Assembly (NCBI RefSeq): GCF_009914755.1
Contig: NC_060933.1
Length of the DNA: 64,000 nt
From: the human T2T-CHM13v2.0 reference genome, Homo sapiens
Strand: one strand, 5' to 3'
Part shown: piece after piece, positions 1-13,277 of the stretch
Layout: each line of letters opens with the position of its first letter
Position numbering within the stretch: the stretch's first letter is position 1
Program-made: the position numbers and the translations under genes
The notes under the pieces: generated by a model
The model's input: the letters and a program-made list of their open reading frames with translations, nothing else
Database searches by the model: none
What the model was told of the DNA's origin: nothing

Positions 1-1825
1 CACATATGGCCTCCTGCACCCATGTGCACACCTGCATCAACACGGTACCGGACACATGCACGCACACGTATGTATGCACACACACAGTGACACAACACAC
101 CAGCCAACCCCAGATCCTGGCGCTTGGCCTGCAAGCGGGCCATGGGCCTACAAGTGTGGGGTTGCTGGCTGGGCTTCCCTGCGTCCAGTGGGTGTTTGGC
201 CCTGCAGGAGGGCTGGAAAACAGCACGAAGAGGACAGCAGCAAGGGAGACCCAGCACTTCACACACTCATCTCATGGCCAGGGCAGGACAGGGGCAGGGC
301 GGCACATCATGCTCCATATCCTGGGTGGTGATCGGCCTCTGCCTTTCCAGGGCAAGGGGGCGGCTCAGGAAGTAGGCGGCTGCCATCGTTGGTAAGAGGA
401 CGGAGGATGGGGAGAAAGCAATGAAGGGTGGAGAAGGGGCGTGTCTGAAGAAGGTCGGAGGTGACACCTATTGCCCTGCTCAGGGATTGGATGTGTGCCA
501 TGAAACCTGGCAGTTAGATGTGACATCAGAGGAGAGCCACAGGCCACTGCTGGGCAGGGCATCAGGTTGGTTCCTTGCGCTTGTGTGCCAGGGGCTCTGA
601 TAGCACCTGGGAGGGGGACTGTGGGGACCATGGGCCTTTCTGAGGTCGTGGTCAGGCTGCTTGGAGGTTCTTGGGGTCAGAGTCCACCCGTCTGAGAGGG
701 CAGCTGCAGCTAAGAAATTCCTGGGGTGCCTCAGTGCCTCAGGAAGGGTCAGGGCACGGCCCACTGGGCAATTCTGACCTACAGCCGGCCTCTTAGAGAC
801 CCAGGGTTGGGTCCTGGAAGGCTGCAGGCTGAGGTCTCTCTGGGGTTTCTTTGGCTGTGCGTGCGCGTTGTGACCCAGCCCCAAGCTCCAGCTTCCTGTC
901 CCCATCCCCTGAAAAGCCACGAGCTCACCCAAGCCCAAGCAGGGGCTGCCCACCAGCCCCTGGCCCTTTGTTTCCAGGCCGCCAGCACCTCCCGCCGGCC
1001 AGTGCCGGGCAAGGCTCCACCAGGAGAGGAGGCTTCATCGACCAATTTTCCTGGTCTGTAGTTTGGAGCTTGGTTTCATATCACAGGATGCACTGTGAAA
1101 ATGCTCTCAGCATACAACATGAAGTCGTGATCCTAGCTTTGTATTTGAAAGACAGTGTGCGCCAGATTATGGCGGTCGGGCTGGGCATGTCCTCTCCAGC
1201 ACACTGGGGAGTGGCTGCCGGAAGCCCTGGGTTGAGAAGGATTCTGAGGGCACCAGGGCAGAGTTCTGCCTAGGGCTTTCGTGAGCTTCGGGCAGAGCTG
1301 TGTGTTTGGTCCACACAGCCTGGAGGGGGTCAGGGGAGGCTGAGATTTCCTGTGATGAAATGGGGAGACTGTGGCTCCCAGGGGCTGGTTGCCTGGCTGG
1401 TAGGTGGCTGGGCTGGACGTCTCCACATGCTGACCTGGCTTCCAGAGAGGAGCCGACTCTGAGTGAATGTTCCAGAAGGAGGAGTGCAGGCTCAGGAACT
1501 GCCAGGGTACCACTGACAGAAGGAGGGGCGTCCCCGCATCCACAGCTGCCTTCAAGGTCTGTGAGGGGCGGCTCCAGGCCTGGCCGCATCTTAGAATCTC
1601 ATGAGCAGTTATGGCTCCTGAATCCCAGTCCCCGCCAGACCCACCACATGGAGTCTCTGGGGATCCCAGGGTTCCGCGGGTGTCACCTGCTGGGTAGGAC
1701 ACAGTGTGTGGCTGCGCGTGAGTCAGGGAAGATGCCTCTCTCACCCTGGACCCATCACATCTTTCATCAGTCTAGTGATGGACACAGGTCTCAGGGATGC
1801 AGGAGGACTTCAGTGTGGCCCTCAC

Positions 1826-2065
1826 TGTCTCCATCCAGGACCCCCCATGATAACCCTCTAGAGCCCCCTCAACTGTCCCCATCCAGGGCTGTCAGATGTC
1901 CCCCCCATGGGACCCCCATCCAGGGCTGCCCAGGCTCCCCCATAGTACCCCATCTAGGACCACCCTGTAACCTCCCCATAGTACCCATACAGGGCTGCCC
2001 AGGACCCCCCATGACCCCGTTAGGGCTGTTCTGTGCCTCTCGTCACCCCATGGCACCCCATGACT
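1826..2065. repeat. Degenerate C-rich tandem repeat
   Basis: Recurring CCCCATCCAGGGCTG, CCCCATAGTACCC and GACCCCCCATGA motifs. Confidence 0.7.
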
Positions 2066-4939
2066 GTGTTTGGATCCCATCACTATCTCGTCTCTGCTCT
2101 GAACACTGGACTAGCCACCAACCCACAGCCCCGAGGGCAGAGCTGGAAGTCCCATGCACCTGGGCCTCTGGACTCGCAGGAATCAGGTGGCCCCAGGGGT
2201 GGCCCAGGGCAGAGGCAGGTGTCTCACTGGAGTCCTGCGGGGTGGGTTACAGCCTTTCCCTCTGCTTCAGCTCCTCCTCCGCCCAGTCCTTGTGGGGGTG
2301 CAGACATCACAGAGCCCTCTTCTCAGCCCTGCCTGGAAGGTGGCACAGAAGGAGCGCTAGCTCGTGCAGCCATGGGGCTGGCCCGTGGGAGGTTGCTGGG
2401 CTTCAGGGGAGGCATCCGCTCTGTCTTGGAGCCTGGAGCAGATCCCTCACTACGGCCCCATCTGCCTGGGGTCCTGCAGAGAAGCTCCTCCTCAACAGCC
2501 TTGCTGGGCACCCAGGTGTTCAGGGTCCCCTCCCTCACCTGCATGTGTAGGGAAGAAGCAGTGGGTGGGCTGGAAAGAGCCCTGGGCCAGGATCCAGGTC
2601 TAGAGCGACCCTGCTTCTGCAGCACTCTGAGCCTGAGCCTTAGCACCTGCGCCTCGGTTTCTCCTTCTCCACGGGGGTGGTGTAGGGCCTGGCAGACCCT
2701 TGCCCTTTGGCAGTGGTGCCCGCAGAACACACCGGCTCTTTCTAGTGTGAAAATCCACCTGAGGATTTGGTGGGGAAATGATTCGAACGAAGCACGTGCA
2801 TTTGCAGAGGAGGGGGTTCTCGAAGTGAAGGGACCTCATGCCCAGTCCTACTATTGTCTGTTCACTGCTGCAGTCTGGGGGTGTGGTGGGCAGGCCACAA
2901 AGCAGGGCTGGCTGAGGGCCAGGTCAGCCTGGGATCAGAGCGCCGGGCACCTGGGGACACCTCAGGCTTTGTCCCGCTTCGTGGGTGTTCGTTACCTAGC
3001 CTTGGGCCCTGATGGTCGTGCAGGTGTGCCTGGGTGCTGTGTGCCCACAAGCACTGAGACCAGTGCCAGCACCTTATGCAGGGCCTGCAAGGTATGGCCG
3101 CTGTGCTGGACACCCTGGGGTACGGGGTTGTGCCGGACACGCCCATGATCCAAGGAGCTTGGGGCTTCCGGGGAAGCAGAGCTGGATCCAGGGGTGCATC
3201 AGGGCCCAGGACCACAGCTGCCCCTGAAGGCCCCTGAGGCTTCTCTTCCTTCTTTGAAGTGCCTTTGGAGAACATATATTCAGATGTCAAATTGCCAGTT
3301 GAAAGGAGAACATATTTTATTTGAATTGGATGAAATGTGATCCAGAAGTCATGTTGCTTAATAAAAGTGTGTGGTTTTGATTCACTGTTCCTCCTTGTCT
3401 GCTGGAGAATTTGAAACATGGGCCAGGAGCCTCTGACATCCAAAGATGGGGGAGAGAGAGAAGGAGAAAGAGGGAGAGGGAGGTGAGGCAGGTGGGCAGC
3501 TCTGCTGGCCTCAGCGGGTGGAGAGTGGGGCATCCCGTTTGAGGGTTGGTGTCGGGGAGGGAAGGTGTGAAATGCTGAGGGCTGCGCTAATCAGGGCCCC
3601 ACTCTTGCTTCCTCCTCAAAATGCCCCCAGTTTACTGTGATGGGGTCTCAGGGGCAGGGGGCAGCAGCAGGTAGCTGTCCTCGGTCACTCCCCGTCCCCG
3701 TGCTCTGTCCCTTTGTGGGTCACAGCCCCCGAGGTGAAGTCTGGAAGGAGAGGAACCTGTCACCCAGTGCCCTCCTCAGCCCAGCGGATGCCCCAGCCCA
3801 GGGAACAGGTGCAAGCTCAGCTCCCGACGACCGCCAACCCTCAGCTGCTTCCTGCACCGCTGTCCTGAGGCACCACTGTCCTGAGGCACCCTGCGGAGAG
3901 GAAGGACCCGGGTTGGAGGGGGCTCGGCGGTGCTGTCCATGATGTGGGGTGATGCGGGGGGTTCAGTCCCTGAAACTTCAGATGAGGCAGTAGGTACGTG
4001 GCGGCCAGGGACGCCCCATGCTCTGGGCCTGATGCCTGCAGGGAGAGCACCCGTCTCTGTGCTGCTCCATCTGTTCTGAGATGTGGAGACAGGGGAGGCA
4101 GGGCTGGGTCAGCTAGTGTCAGGGGCCCCGCTGCACACATAGGCTCCAGGTCCTGGCCACTGCTTCTGTGGCTCTGCAGTTGGGACCAGTGATGTCTCCT
4201 GTCCCAGCCTCTTCTATCTGTTAAATGGAGGTGACAGAAATTTCCCTTGTGAGTCCTGAGTCCTGCAAGGGAACGGGTGCTGGCGTGCACCCAGGCACCG
4301 GACGGACCCCTGAACCCTGGCTGCACCCTTCTGGATGGGGCGAGGCAGGGGCAGGTGGGCAGAAGGGCTGTGGCCAGGCTATGGCACAGTAGTGCCGAGA
4401 AAGGTGGGTCCGTCTGCCTCTGACCCAGAGGCAGGTATGGATGTGGATGTGTGGCTGAAGTCAGGAGCAGGAACTTACCACCTGGCAGAGCTGCTGCCTG
4501 GAATGTTGGGTGGGCTTGGGGAGGGTTCTGAGCTCCTCGCTCATCATTTGAGGTTTTTAAACACAAGTTGGGGTCACCCACGATAACCACAGACACATAC
4601 CCCACTCTCTTCCCCTTTTTGGTGCTGAGAGCCGTTTCCTGTTGAGCCCCGAGGTCCTCCCCTCGGCCCCTGCCTCGCACCACTCCCTCCCCTCTCAGGA
4701 GCACTGTCCTGGCTGCTGTGGCCTCTTCCCTGCCACCCTCTCACACCTGCTGTTGGGCCCCCACCCTGTGTCCTGCATCAGCCCCCTGCTGACCCCCAGT
4801 TCCTCCAAACCTACTGCCTGCTGAGGGCTTTTCCTGAGCACATGCCTTCCCCCATTGACCTCAAAATGTTTTGCATTACTTATTGAGTGCCTTCTGCATA
4901 CAAGGAGTTTTGCCTGGAGGACTCTACAGCTCTGTGAGG

Positions 4940-5095
4940 TCAATGCTGCCGTTTTATGCTAATTTTTTCAGAGAGAAAGCAGGGAGCAGAGAGGTGTGTG
5001 TGAACAGGCTCATCCCAGGCCACACAGCCAGGCAACGGCTGGAGCTGGCATGTGGGCCGGGCCTGTCCGGCAGCACAGAGCTTACTGCTTTTCCA
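4940..5095 (-). mobile_element. MIR SINE fragment (approximate bounds)
   Basis: tttttcagagagaaagcagggagcagagagg...cccaggccacacagc resembles the MIR core. Confidence 0.5.
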
Positions 5096-5496
5096 AGTGT
5101 GCCTGCGGGCTGGGATTCCCTCCGCCCCGCCCGTGTGCGCAGTGGTTGTGATGCTCCCACCCGCTCCATCCAAGTCTCAGTGCCTGTCTTGCTGTGGCCA
5201 GACCCTCGCACCAAAAGTCTTCGTGGAAGAGAGCAGCCCTCGGAACAATGATGGGTGTGCGCACAGAGCTCACAGCTGTGAATGTCTCCCAGCCCTTCCC
5301 AGAACACTGGCACCCTGGGACTGAGGGTGACTCGCCAGGGTCAGAAGTACACAGCGCAAAGCCACGTCACAGCCACCGCGGCTGCAGGCCAGAGTCTTCA
5401 AGGCGGAGACAAAGCTGTCACTAGACTCCTCCTGGCCCAGAGAGGGGCCTCGGCGGGGGAGGTGGTGCCTCTGCTTGGATGGAGTGAAGGTTCCGA

Positions 5497-5562
5497 TGAA
5501 CCAGGCTCGGGTGAACCAGGCTCGGGTGAACCAGGCTCGGGTGAACCAGGCTCGGATGAACC
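5497..5562. repeat. 15-bp tandem repeat (TGAACCAGGCTCGGG), ~4.4 copies
   Basis: Units start at 5497, 5512, 5527, 5542, with a partial unit at 5557. Confidence 0.95.
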
Positions 5563-5869
5563 GTGGAGAACTTGCCATCCTCCAGATGGGGTTGGGCACC
5601 CTGACCCTGCAGCCCGCTGGCTACTGTGGCTCTGGAAAAGTGTGCAGATGTGATGCAGGGTGGCAAGATGAGCTCCAGACCCAGAGCACTCAGCACCTGG
5701 CCCTGCCCCAAGTCCCCTTGCCTGCGGCACCGTCTCTGGTGGCGGGACCGGAGACGCCACCGTCTCCAGGACCGGAGCACCTGGACATGGTCCTCCAAGT
5801 TCTTTTCCCTCCCTTGAGTGTGGTGGGGCGTGTAGTGGTTGGCATCTTGCAGGCTGCCTTGGGCTGATC

Positions 5870-6060
5870 CTGCCCCAGCTGCTGGGGGACCCTGGACAGG
5901 TGACCTCACAGGTCCTCGGTTTCCTCTGTTGTAGAGTGGGGATTAGTCGGACACAATTCATAGGGTTCTTGAGGGCACAGAGAGACCACGTGCAGGCTCT
6001 TTACCTTGTACTTGATCTGTGGTAAACATGATCTAATTCGTCATCACTGTCATTACTATA
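5870..6060 (+). mobile_element. MIR SINE fragment (approximate bounds)
   Basis: gaccctggacaggtgacctcac...cctcggtttcctctgttgtagagtggggatta matches the MIR core pattern. Confidence 0.6.
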
Positions 6061-6374
6061 ATCATTACTATATTGGTCGGCTTCTATGCATCTGATTATG
6101 GTCAAAAGATCCTCTGCTTTGGAACACCCAGGGTGCTGCCAGGGTGACTCCTAGCGTGCCTGTCATCTTCATCTCTGCAGATAGCGTTTATGAGACCTGC
6201 ATTTCTTATTCCTACTAGCAGCCCTTTTATTTCTCCTGTGTACACATTGTGGTGAGAGAATAATGGAATAAATTGTTTACACATCATGGTTAGAGGAAGA
6301 AGGAATAAGTGCTTGCATGCTTTTCCCGGCTGACACAGTTAGAGTGTAGGCTGCTCACAATGAATCCGAAAGTT

Positions 6375-6700
6375 CAGTTGTTAGCAGTGTGGGTTCATCC
6401 GCCTTGTAGTGTGGGGCAGTACTTCCTTCCCTTTTGTGGTTGAATGATATTCCATTCTATGCATATACCACACTCTGTGTATCCATTTAGCTGTCGGTAG
6501 ACATGTGGGTTGCATTTATCTTTTGGCCATTGTGACTAATGCTACTATGAACACTTGTATACATTTATTTGTTTGAGTCCCTGTTTTGTTTGGAGGGTGA
6601 ACTGATTTGGGTGAATTGTTTATGCATCTGTTTCAGTTCCGGAGATTGGAATTACTGGTCATATGGTAATTCTAGTTTTAACTTTTTGAGAAACCAGACA
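6375..6700 (-). mobile_element. Old L1 (L1M-type) 3' fragment, antisense
   Basis: gaatgatattccattctatgcatataccaca...gctactatgaacactt...ggtcatatggtaattctagttttaactttttgagaaacc is a typical antisense L1 ORF2/3'UTR signature. Confidence 0.8.
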
Positions 6701-6877
6701 TCACCTCTTTAAAAATACTCTCTTCCCCAGTGGTTGAGGGGTAATGGCAAAGGAGGCAGGGTACCTCCAAGCCCTCGGGGTCTAGGGCGGGTGAGAGTGC
6801 AGGCTGTTTCTCACAACAGGCAAAAGCTGCCAGCACTGCACTGGCATCTGGCAGGTGCTCAACAGGTGTCTGGTAAA

Positions 6878-7731
6878 TGGATGAGTGAATGGGTGGTGGA
6901 TTGATGGGTGGGTGGGTAGATGGGTGGATAGACAGATGAATGGATGGGTGGATGGGTGGAAGGATGAGTAGAGGGACGGAGAGATGGATGGAAGGATGTA
7001 TGTATCTGGATGGATAGATAGATGGATGAATTAATGAGCAGATAGATGGCTGGGTGGATGGATGGACAGGTGGATAGGTAGATGGATGAATGGATGAGTG
7101 GATGGATGGGTGAATGGGTTGAAGGATGAGTGGATAGATGGATAGATGGATAGAAGGATGTGTATGTGCAGATGGATGGATGCATGGATGGATAAGTGAA
7201 TGAGTGGACAGACGGATGGAGGAGTGGATGGATAGAGGGTTTAATGGATGGATGGACAGATGAATGGGTGAATGGATGGGTAGATGGATGGATGGGTGGA
7301 TGGGAGAATGGATGGATGGGTGAATGGATGGAAGGACTGGTAGATGTAGATGGATAGGTGGACAGATGGGTGAATGGATGAATGAAAGAGTGGATGGATG
7401 GATGGATGGATGGGTAGATGGATGGAAGCATGTATATATGCAGATGGATTGATGGATGAGTGAATGAGTGGACAGATGGAAGGATGGATAGATGGTTTAT
7501 GGATGGATGGATAGGTGAATGGGTGAATGGATGGATAGATGGATGGATGGGTGGATGGGTGAATGGGTGGGTGAATGGATGGAAGAACTGGTAGATGTAG
7601 ATGGATAGGTGGATAGATGGGTGAATGGATGAACGAATGAGTGGATGGATGGATGGATGGATGGATGGGTAGATGGATGAGTGAACGGATGGATGGATGG
7701 ATGGATGGATGGATGGATGGACGGATGGATG
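6878..7731. repeat. (TGGA)n-like simple repeat, ~850 bp, probably grown from an L2 tail
   Basis: Degenerate GGAT/GAAT/AGAT array ending 186 nt before exon 5; preceded by L2-like ctggcatctggcaggtgctcaaca. Confidence 0.95.
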
Positions 7732-7899
7732 GGCCAGCCTAGCTTGAGTGTCTTTTGTGAGTGGCAGCTTCTAGGAAGAATGTTTGGCTCTGAGGACAAG
7801 CTCGTCTTGTGGCTTGGTCTGGACTTTCCCCTGCTTCAAGGCATGGGGCTGTGTCTCCCAGGTCCCCATGCGAGTGCTCTGTGAGCTGCTTTTTCATGA

Positions 7900-8055
<156 letters not shown>

Positions 8056-9135
8056 TAACTCTGGCTGGGATCTTGGGGAGCATGAGCAGACTACTTGGGA
8101 TGGTTGGTGAAGAGACACATAAGCCATGGGACCCTTATTTTAAATAAATCCACTGGGTGAGAATTTGGAGGGACCTAGGAGGTAAACATTGGGATATCTG
8201 ACTCACTTTACTAAATAGCACTGCCCAGAAGGATAGGGTCACAGAGTTTGTCATCAATAACCCTCTCCTTTAACCTTTTGAACAAGCTCCTTGATGGTGA
8301 ATGCCCAGTGCTCTCTCACCCTTGGGCTTGACCTTGATGGGGTATTTGTGAGCACAGATGCCACAGGTGTCCCCCATGGACTCGATCCACTGGAGGGGCC
8401 ATGTGCAGCTCGCCAAAGAGGACGGAGCCTGGGCTTGTCTACTGTAGAATGGCCAGCCCTCGGATCCCTTGAGTGTAAAGTGTACTGTAGAGTGGCAGCC
8501 GTGCCTGACACCTTTGTCCCTCTTCCTGGGACCCGCCATGTCCATGGGTCAGCTGTCCTCCCCCTCCCGCCGCACACCCTCGCGGCACTGCAGTTTTTCT
8601 TATTTGCAGTTCTTCCTATCACCTCTGCATGAAAATGCTCTCCCACTCCCTGGGCCCACTGCCTCTCGTTTCTCATCCGTAATATTAAATCCTGTTTATT
8701 TCTCCTTGGGTCTTCCTTCTTTCACCACCAGTCAGGAAAGAAGGAAGGGTAGCTTTCAGGAAGCTGTGGGACCCCGTGGCCCAGGCCACATCTTACAAAC
8801 CCCAGGAGGGGCAGGACAGAGCTCCCAGCCGAGTCCCTGCTGCCCCGGCCTCCTGCCAGGCTCCTCCCAGCTCCTGGTGTGGGAATGGGCTCAGGACGAG
8901 GCCTACTCTGTCCCACTGAAGCCCTACCCGTGGGGTCCCTGGGCTTTGAGGCTTGGGGCTGAAGGCCCGGGAGCCTGCTGGTGACATGGTGACGGCTGCA
9001 CAGACTGCCATTCTGTTGGTTGTTCTGGCCTGGGTTCCAAAGGGCCAGAAGCCTTCACCTTTGAGGGCTCATCTTTCTCTGACTGCTCGAGGGGACCTGG
9101 TGTTCCCCCTGCTTTCTCTCTTGTGCTTCTGATGA

Positions 9136-9654
<519 letters not shown>

Positions 9655-10069
9655 TGAGGAGGACGTTGGGAGATGCCAAGTATACAGGGGAGCATCTGCC
9701 AGCATCTCTGGGCCCTGGCCCCGGTCCCCACCCTGTACGAGGCACAGGGCTCTAGCAGGCCCAGGATGAGTTTGGTTCTCGGGTTCCTTAAGTGTGGGTG
9801 CAGCTGTGGTGGGAGAGGAGAGAGGAGAGCTCAGGGGCTCCCCCGGGGGGTGACGCAGTCTGAGGTTGGCCTCGGGTCCTCCCCGCTCTGGGCTGTCATC
9901 CCCTCACCTCTGAAATTGGGGAGGGTTGTGAGGGTGCGTGAGCGGCAGTGAGAGCCGGAGGGTCACACCTAGCAGGGCCCGGGCCCCGTGCAGGAGTGTG
10001 TATGGGTGGGTGTCCTCCTGGGGAGGAGGCTGTCCAGCCTCAGAGCCATTGTCAGAGGGAAAGAGGGTG

Positions 10070-11010
10070 GGGTGTGAGCATGGGCGGTGTGTGTGTGTGC
10101 ATGAACGAGTGTGTGTGAGCATGTGGCATGCAGGCACGGGTGTGCTTGAGCCTGCGTGTGTGTGAGAGTGTGTGTGAGCGTGTGTGCATGCGGGCACGGG
10201 TGTGCATGAGCCTGTGTGTGTGTGAGAGTGTGTGTGAGCGTGTGTGCATGCGGGCACGGGTGTGCATGAGCCTGTGTGTGTGAGCGTGTGTGAGCGTGTG
10301 TGCATGCGGGCACGGGTGTGCATGAGCCTGTGTGTGTGAGCGTGTGTGAGCGTGTGTGCATGCGGGCACGGGTGTGCATGAGCCTGTGTGTGTGAGCGTG
10401 TGTGAGCGTGTGTGCGTGCGGGCACGGGTGTGCATGAGCCTGTGTGTGTGAGCGTGTGTGAGCGTGTGTGCGTGCGGGCACGGGTGTGCATGAGCCTGTG
10501 TGTGTGAGCGTGTGTGAGCGTGTGTGCGTGCGGGCACGGGTGTGCATGAGCCTGTGTGTGTGAGCGTGTGTGAGCGTGTGTGCATGCGGGCACGGGTGTG
10601 CATGAGCCTGTGTGTGTGAGCGCGTGTGCATGCGGGCACGGGTGTGCATGAGCCTGTGTGTGTGAGCGTGTGTGAGCGCGTGTGCGTGCGGGCACGGGTG
10701 TGCATGAGCCTGTGTGTGTGAGCGTGTGTGAGCGTGTGTGCGTGCGGGCACGGGTGTGCATGAGCCTGTGTGTGTGAGCGTGTGTGAGCGTGTGTGCGTG
10801 CGGGCACGGGTGTGCATGAGCCTGTGTGTGTGAGCGTGTGTGAGCGTGTGTGCGTGCGGGCACGGGTGTGCATGAGCCTGTGTGTGTGAGCGTGTGTGAG
10901 CGTGTGTGCGTGCGGGCACGGGTGTGCATGAGCCTGTGTGTGTGAGCGTGTGTGAGCGTGTGTGCGTGCGGGCACGGGTGTGCATGAGCCTGTGTGTGTG
11001 AGCGTGTGTG
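10070..11010. repeat. TG-rich minisatellite, 56-bp unit (variants of 60 and 46 bp), ~16 copies, intron 6
   Basis: CGGGCACGGG anchors at 10131 (CAGG variant), 10191, 10251, 10307, 10363, 10419, 10475, 10531, 10587, 10633, 10689, 10745, 10801, 10857, 10913, 10969. Confidence 0.98.
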
Positions 11011-11163
11011 TATCCTTCCAGGGAAAGGTGACCTGGTCATCTCACATTGCTCTGAGAGCCTGGAGTGTTTTGCTACTTTTGTTTTTTAAATACTGAGATA
11101 TGATTCACCCTTTTCTGGTGTGTAACTGGGTGGGTTTGAGTCCATTCTGAGCACGCTTAGTAA

Positions 11164-12072
<909 letters not shown>

Positions 12073-12099
12073 TGACTGTCAGCAGACAGGCCTGAAAGC

Positions 12100-12255
12100 T
12101 CTGCCCGAGACCTTGGAAAGTTAGTCTGCGTCTCTGGACCTCGCGGTTCTCCTTTCCAACATGGCACTGACAGTTCCTGTCTCTGGGGGCTGTGAAGTTT
12201 TCAGATTCAGGAGGAGCCTTGCGTAGCGTGTAGCACATGGCCGATGCTTAACATA
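12100..12255 (+). mobile_element. MIR fragment (approximate bounds)
   Basis: gaccttggaaagttagtctgcgtctctggacctcgcggttctcc. Confidence 0.5.
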
Positions 12256-12480
12256 GCCACTGTGTGATGCAGAATCTCCACTGCCAGAGAGGACACCTCG
12301 TTCCAGCAGGTCCAGACCCCTGCGTCTGCAGCACCGCCCTGGGATGCATTATCGCAAGACCCTGGGGCTGTGGGGTGCAGCCCCTGCCTGAGCGGGTGCA
12401 CGGGTGTGCCAGCTCCATGGTGTGCCAGCTCCGAGTTGTCAGACCTGGAGCCCTCAGAGGAGGTCTCTCCCAGAGGGGGG

Positions 12481-12589
12481 TCTCTGCCCAGTTGACTGGG
12501 TAGCCATGGTGCCAGCACAGGGCCTGATGGATCTGGGATCTCTGCCCAGTTGACCGGATAGCCACAGTGCCCGCCCAGGGCCTGATGGA
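12481..12589. repeat. Diverged 58-bp-period duplication just upstream of exon 8
   Basis: tctctgcccagttgac...cagggcctgatgga at 12481 and 12539. Confidence 0.85.
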
Positions 12590-12645
12590 GAGGCAGTGCC
12601 TGGTGCGTTTGCGAGGCAACCCTGCGCCTTCCTCTCCCTCTGCAG

Positions 12646-12813
12646 CCAGCTCCGCCTCCAGGGGAAGGTGCGGATGACTTGGAGGGGGAGTTCACTGAGG
12701 AAACGATCCGGAACCTTGACGAGAACTACTACGACCCCTACTACGACCCCACCAGCTCCCCGTCGGAGATCGGGCCGGGAATGCCGGCGAACCAGGATAC
12801 CATCTATGAAGGG
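12646..12813 (+). CDS. COL5A1: Exon 8 (168 nt): variable region
   Basis: ctctgcag|CCA...GGG|gtgaga; [19 protein letters not shown]...NQDTIYEG. Confidence 0.98.
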
Positions 12814-13220
12814 GTGAGAGGGTGCAGGCCCCCGTTCCGGGTGGGGTTGGGGGGCTGGCGGGGCATCATGGGGGCTCCTGCCCAAGAGCCTCCTCAGGGG
12901 TGGGGCTCTACGGGCAGCTCAAGTGTTACACCCTATTCCCAAAACTTTATTTTTAAAGAGACCTCGGTGCCTCGAATTTGCTCTGAATAACGTGTGTATC
13001 GGAGCATACTCTCCTCTGGGCCTGTTTCTTCGTTAGTAGTCACATGGGCTCCCGTGGGCCTGGCCTCTGTCACGCTCCTGCCATCCTCCTGGGCCTGGGG
13101 AGATGCCCAGCTACGATAGTGCCCTCGGCCTTGCGAAATCGGGCAGATTTTGTGTAATCTGGACTTTCTTTCTCACTTTTCTCTCTGATTCTCTTTCCAT
13201 CTGCCTTTTATCACCCCCAG

Positions 13221-13277
13221 ATTGGAGGACCTCGGGGCGAGAAAGGCCAAAAGGGAGAACCAGCGATTATCGAGCCG
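13221..13277 (+). CDS. COL5A1: Exon 9 (57 nt): start of COL2 minor helix
   Basis: cccccag|ATT...CCG|gtgagg; IGGPRGEKGQKGEPAIIEP. Confidence 0.98.

Noticed and set aside
1300-3148. 416-aa and 371-aa ORFs in intron 4 (also 359 aa at 14826-15905)
   Set aside because: No recognisable domain; composition (Pro/Gly/Ala/Arg/Trp) is that of GC-rich non-coding DNA; they overlap tandem repeats.
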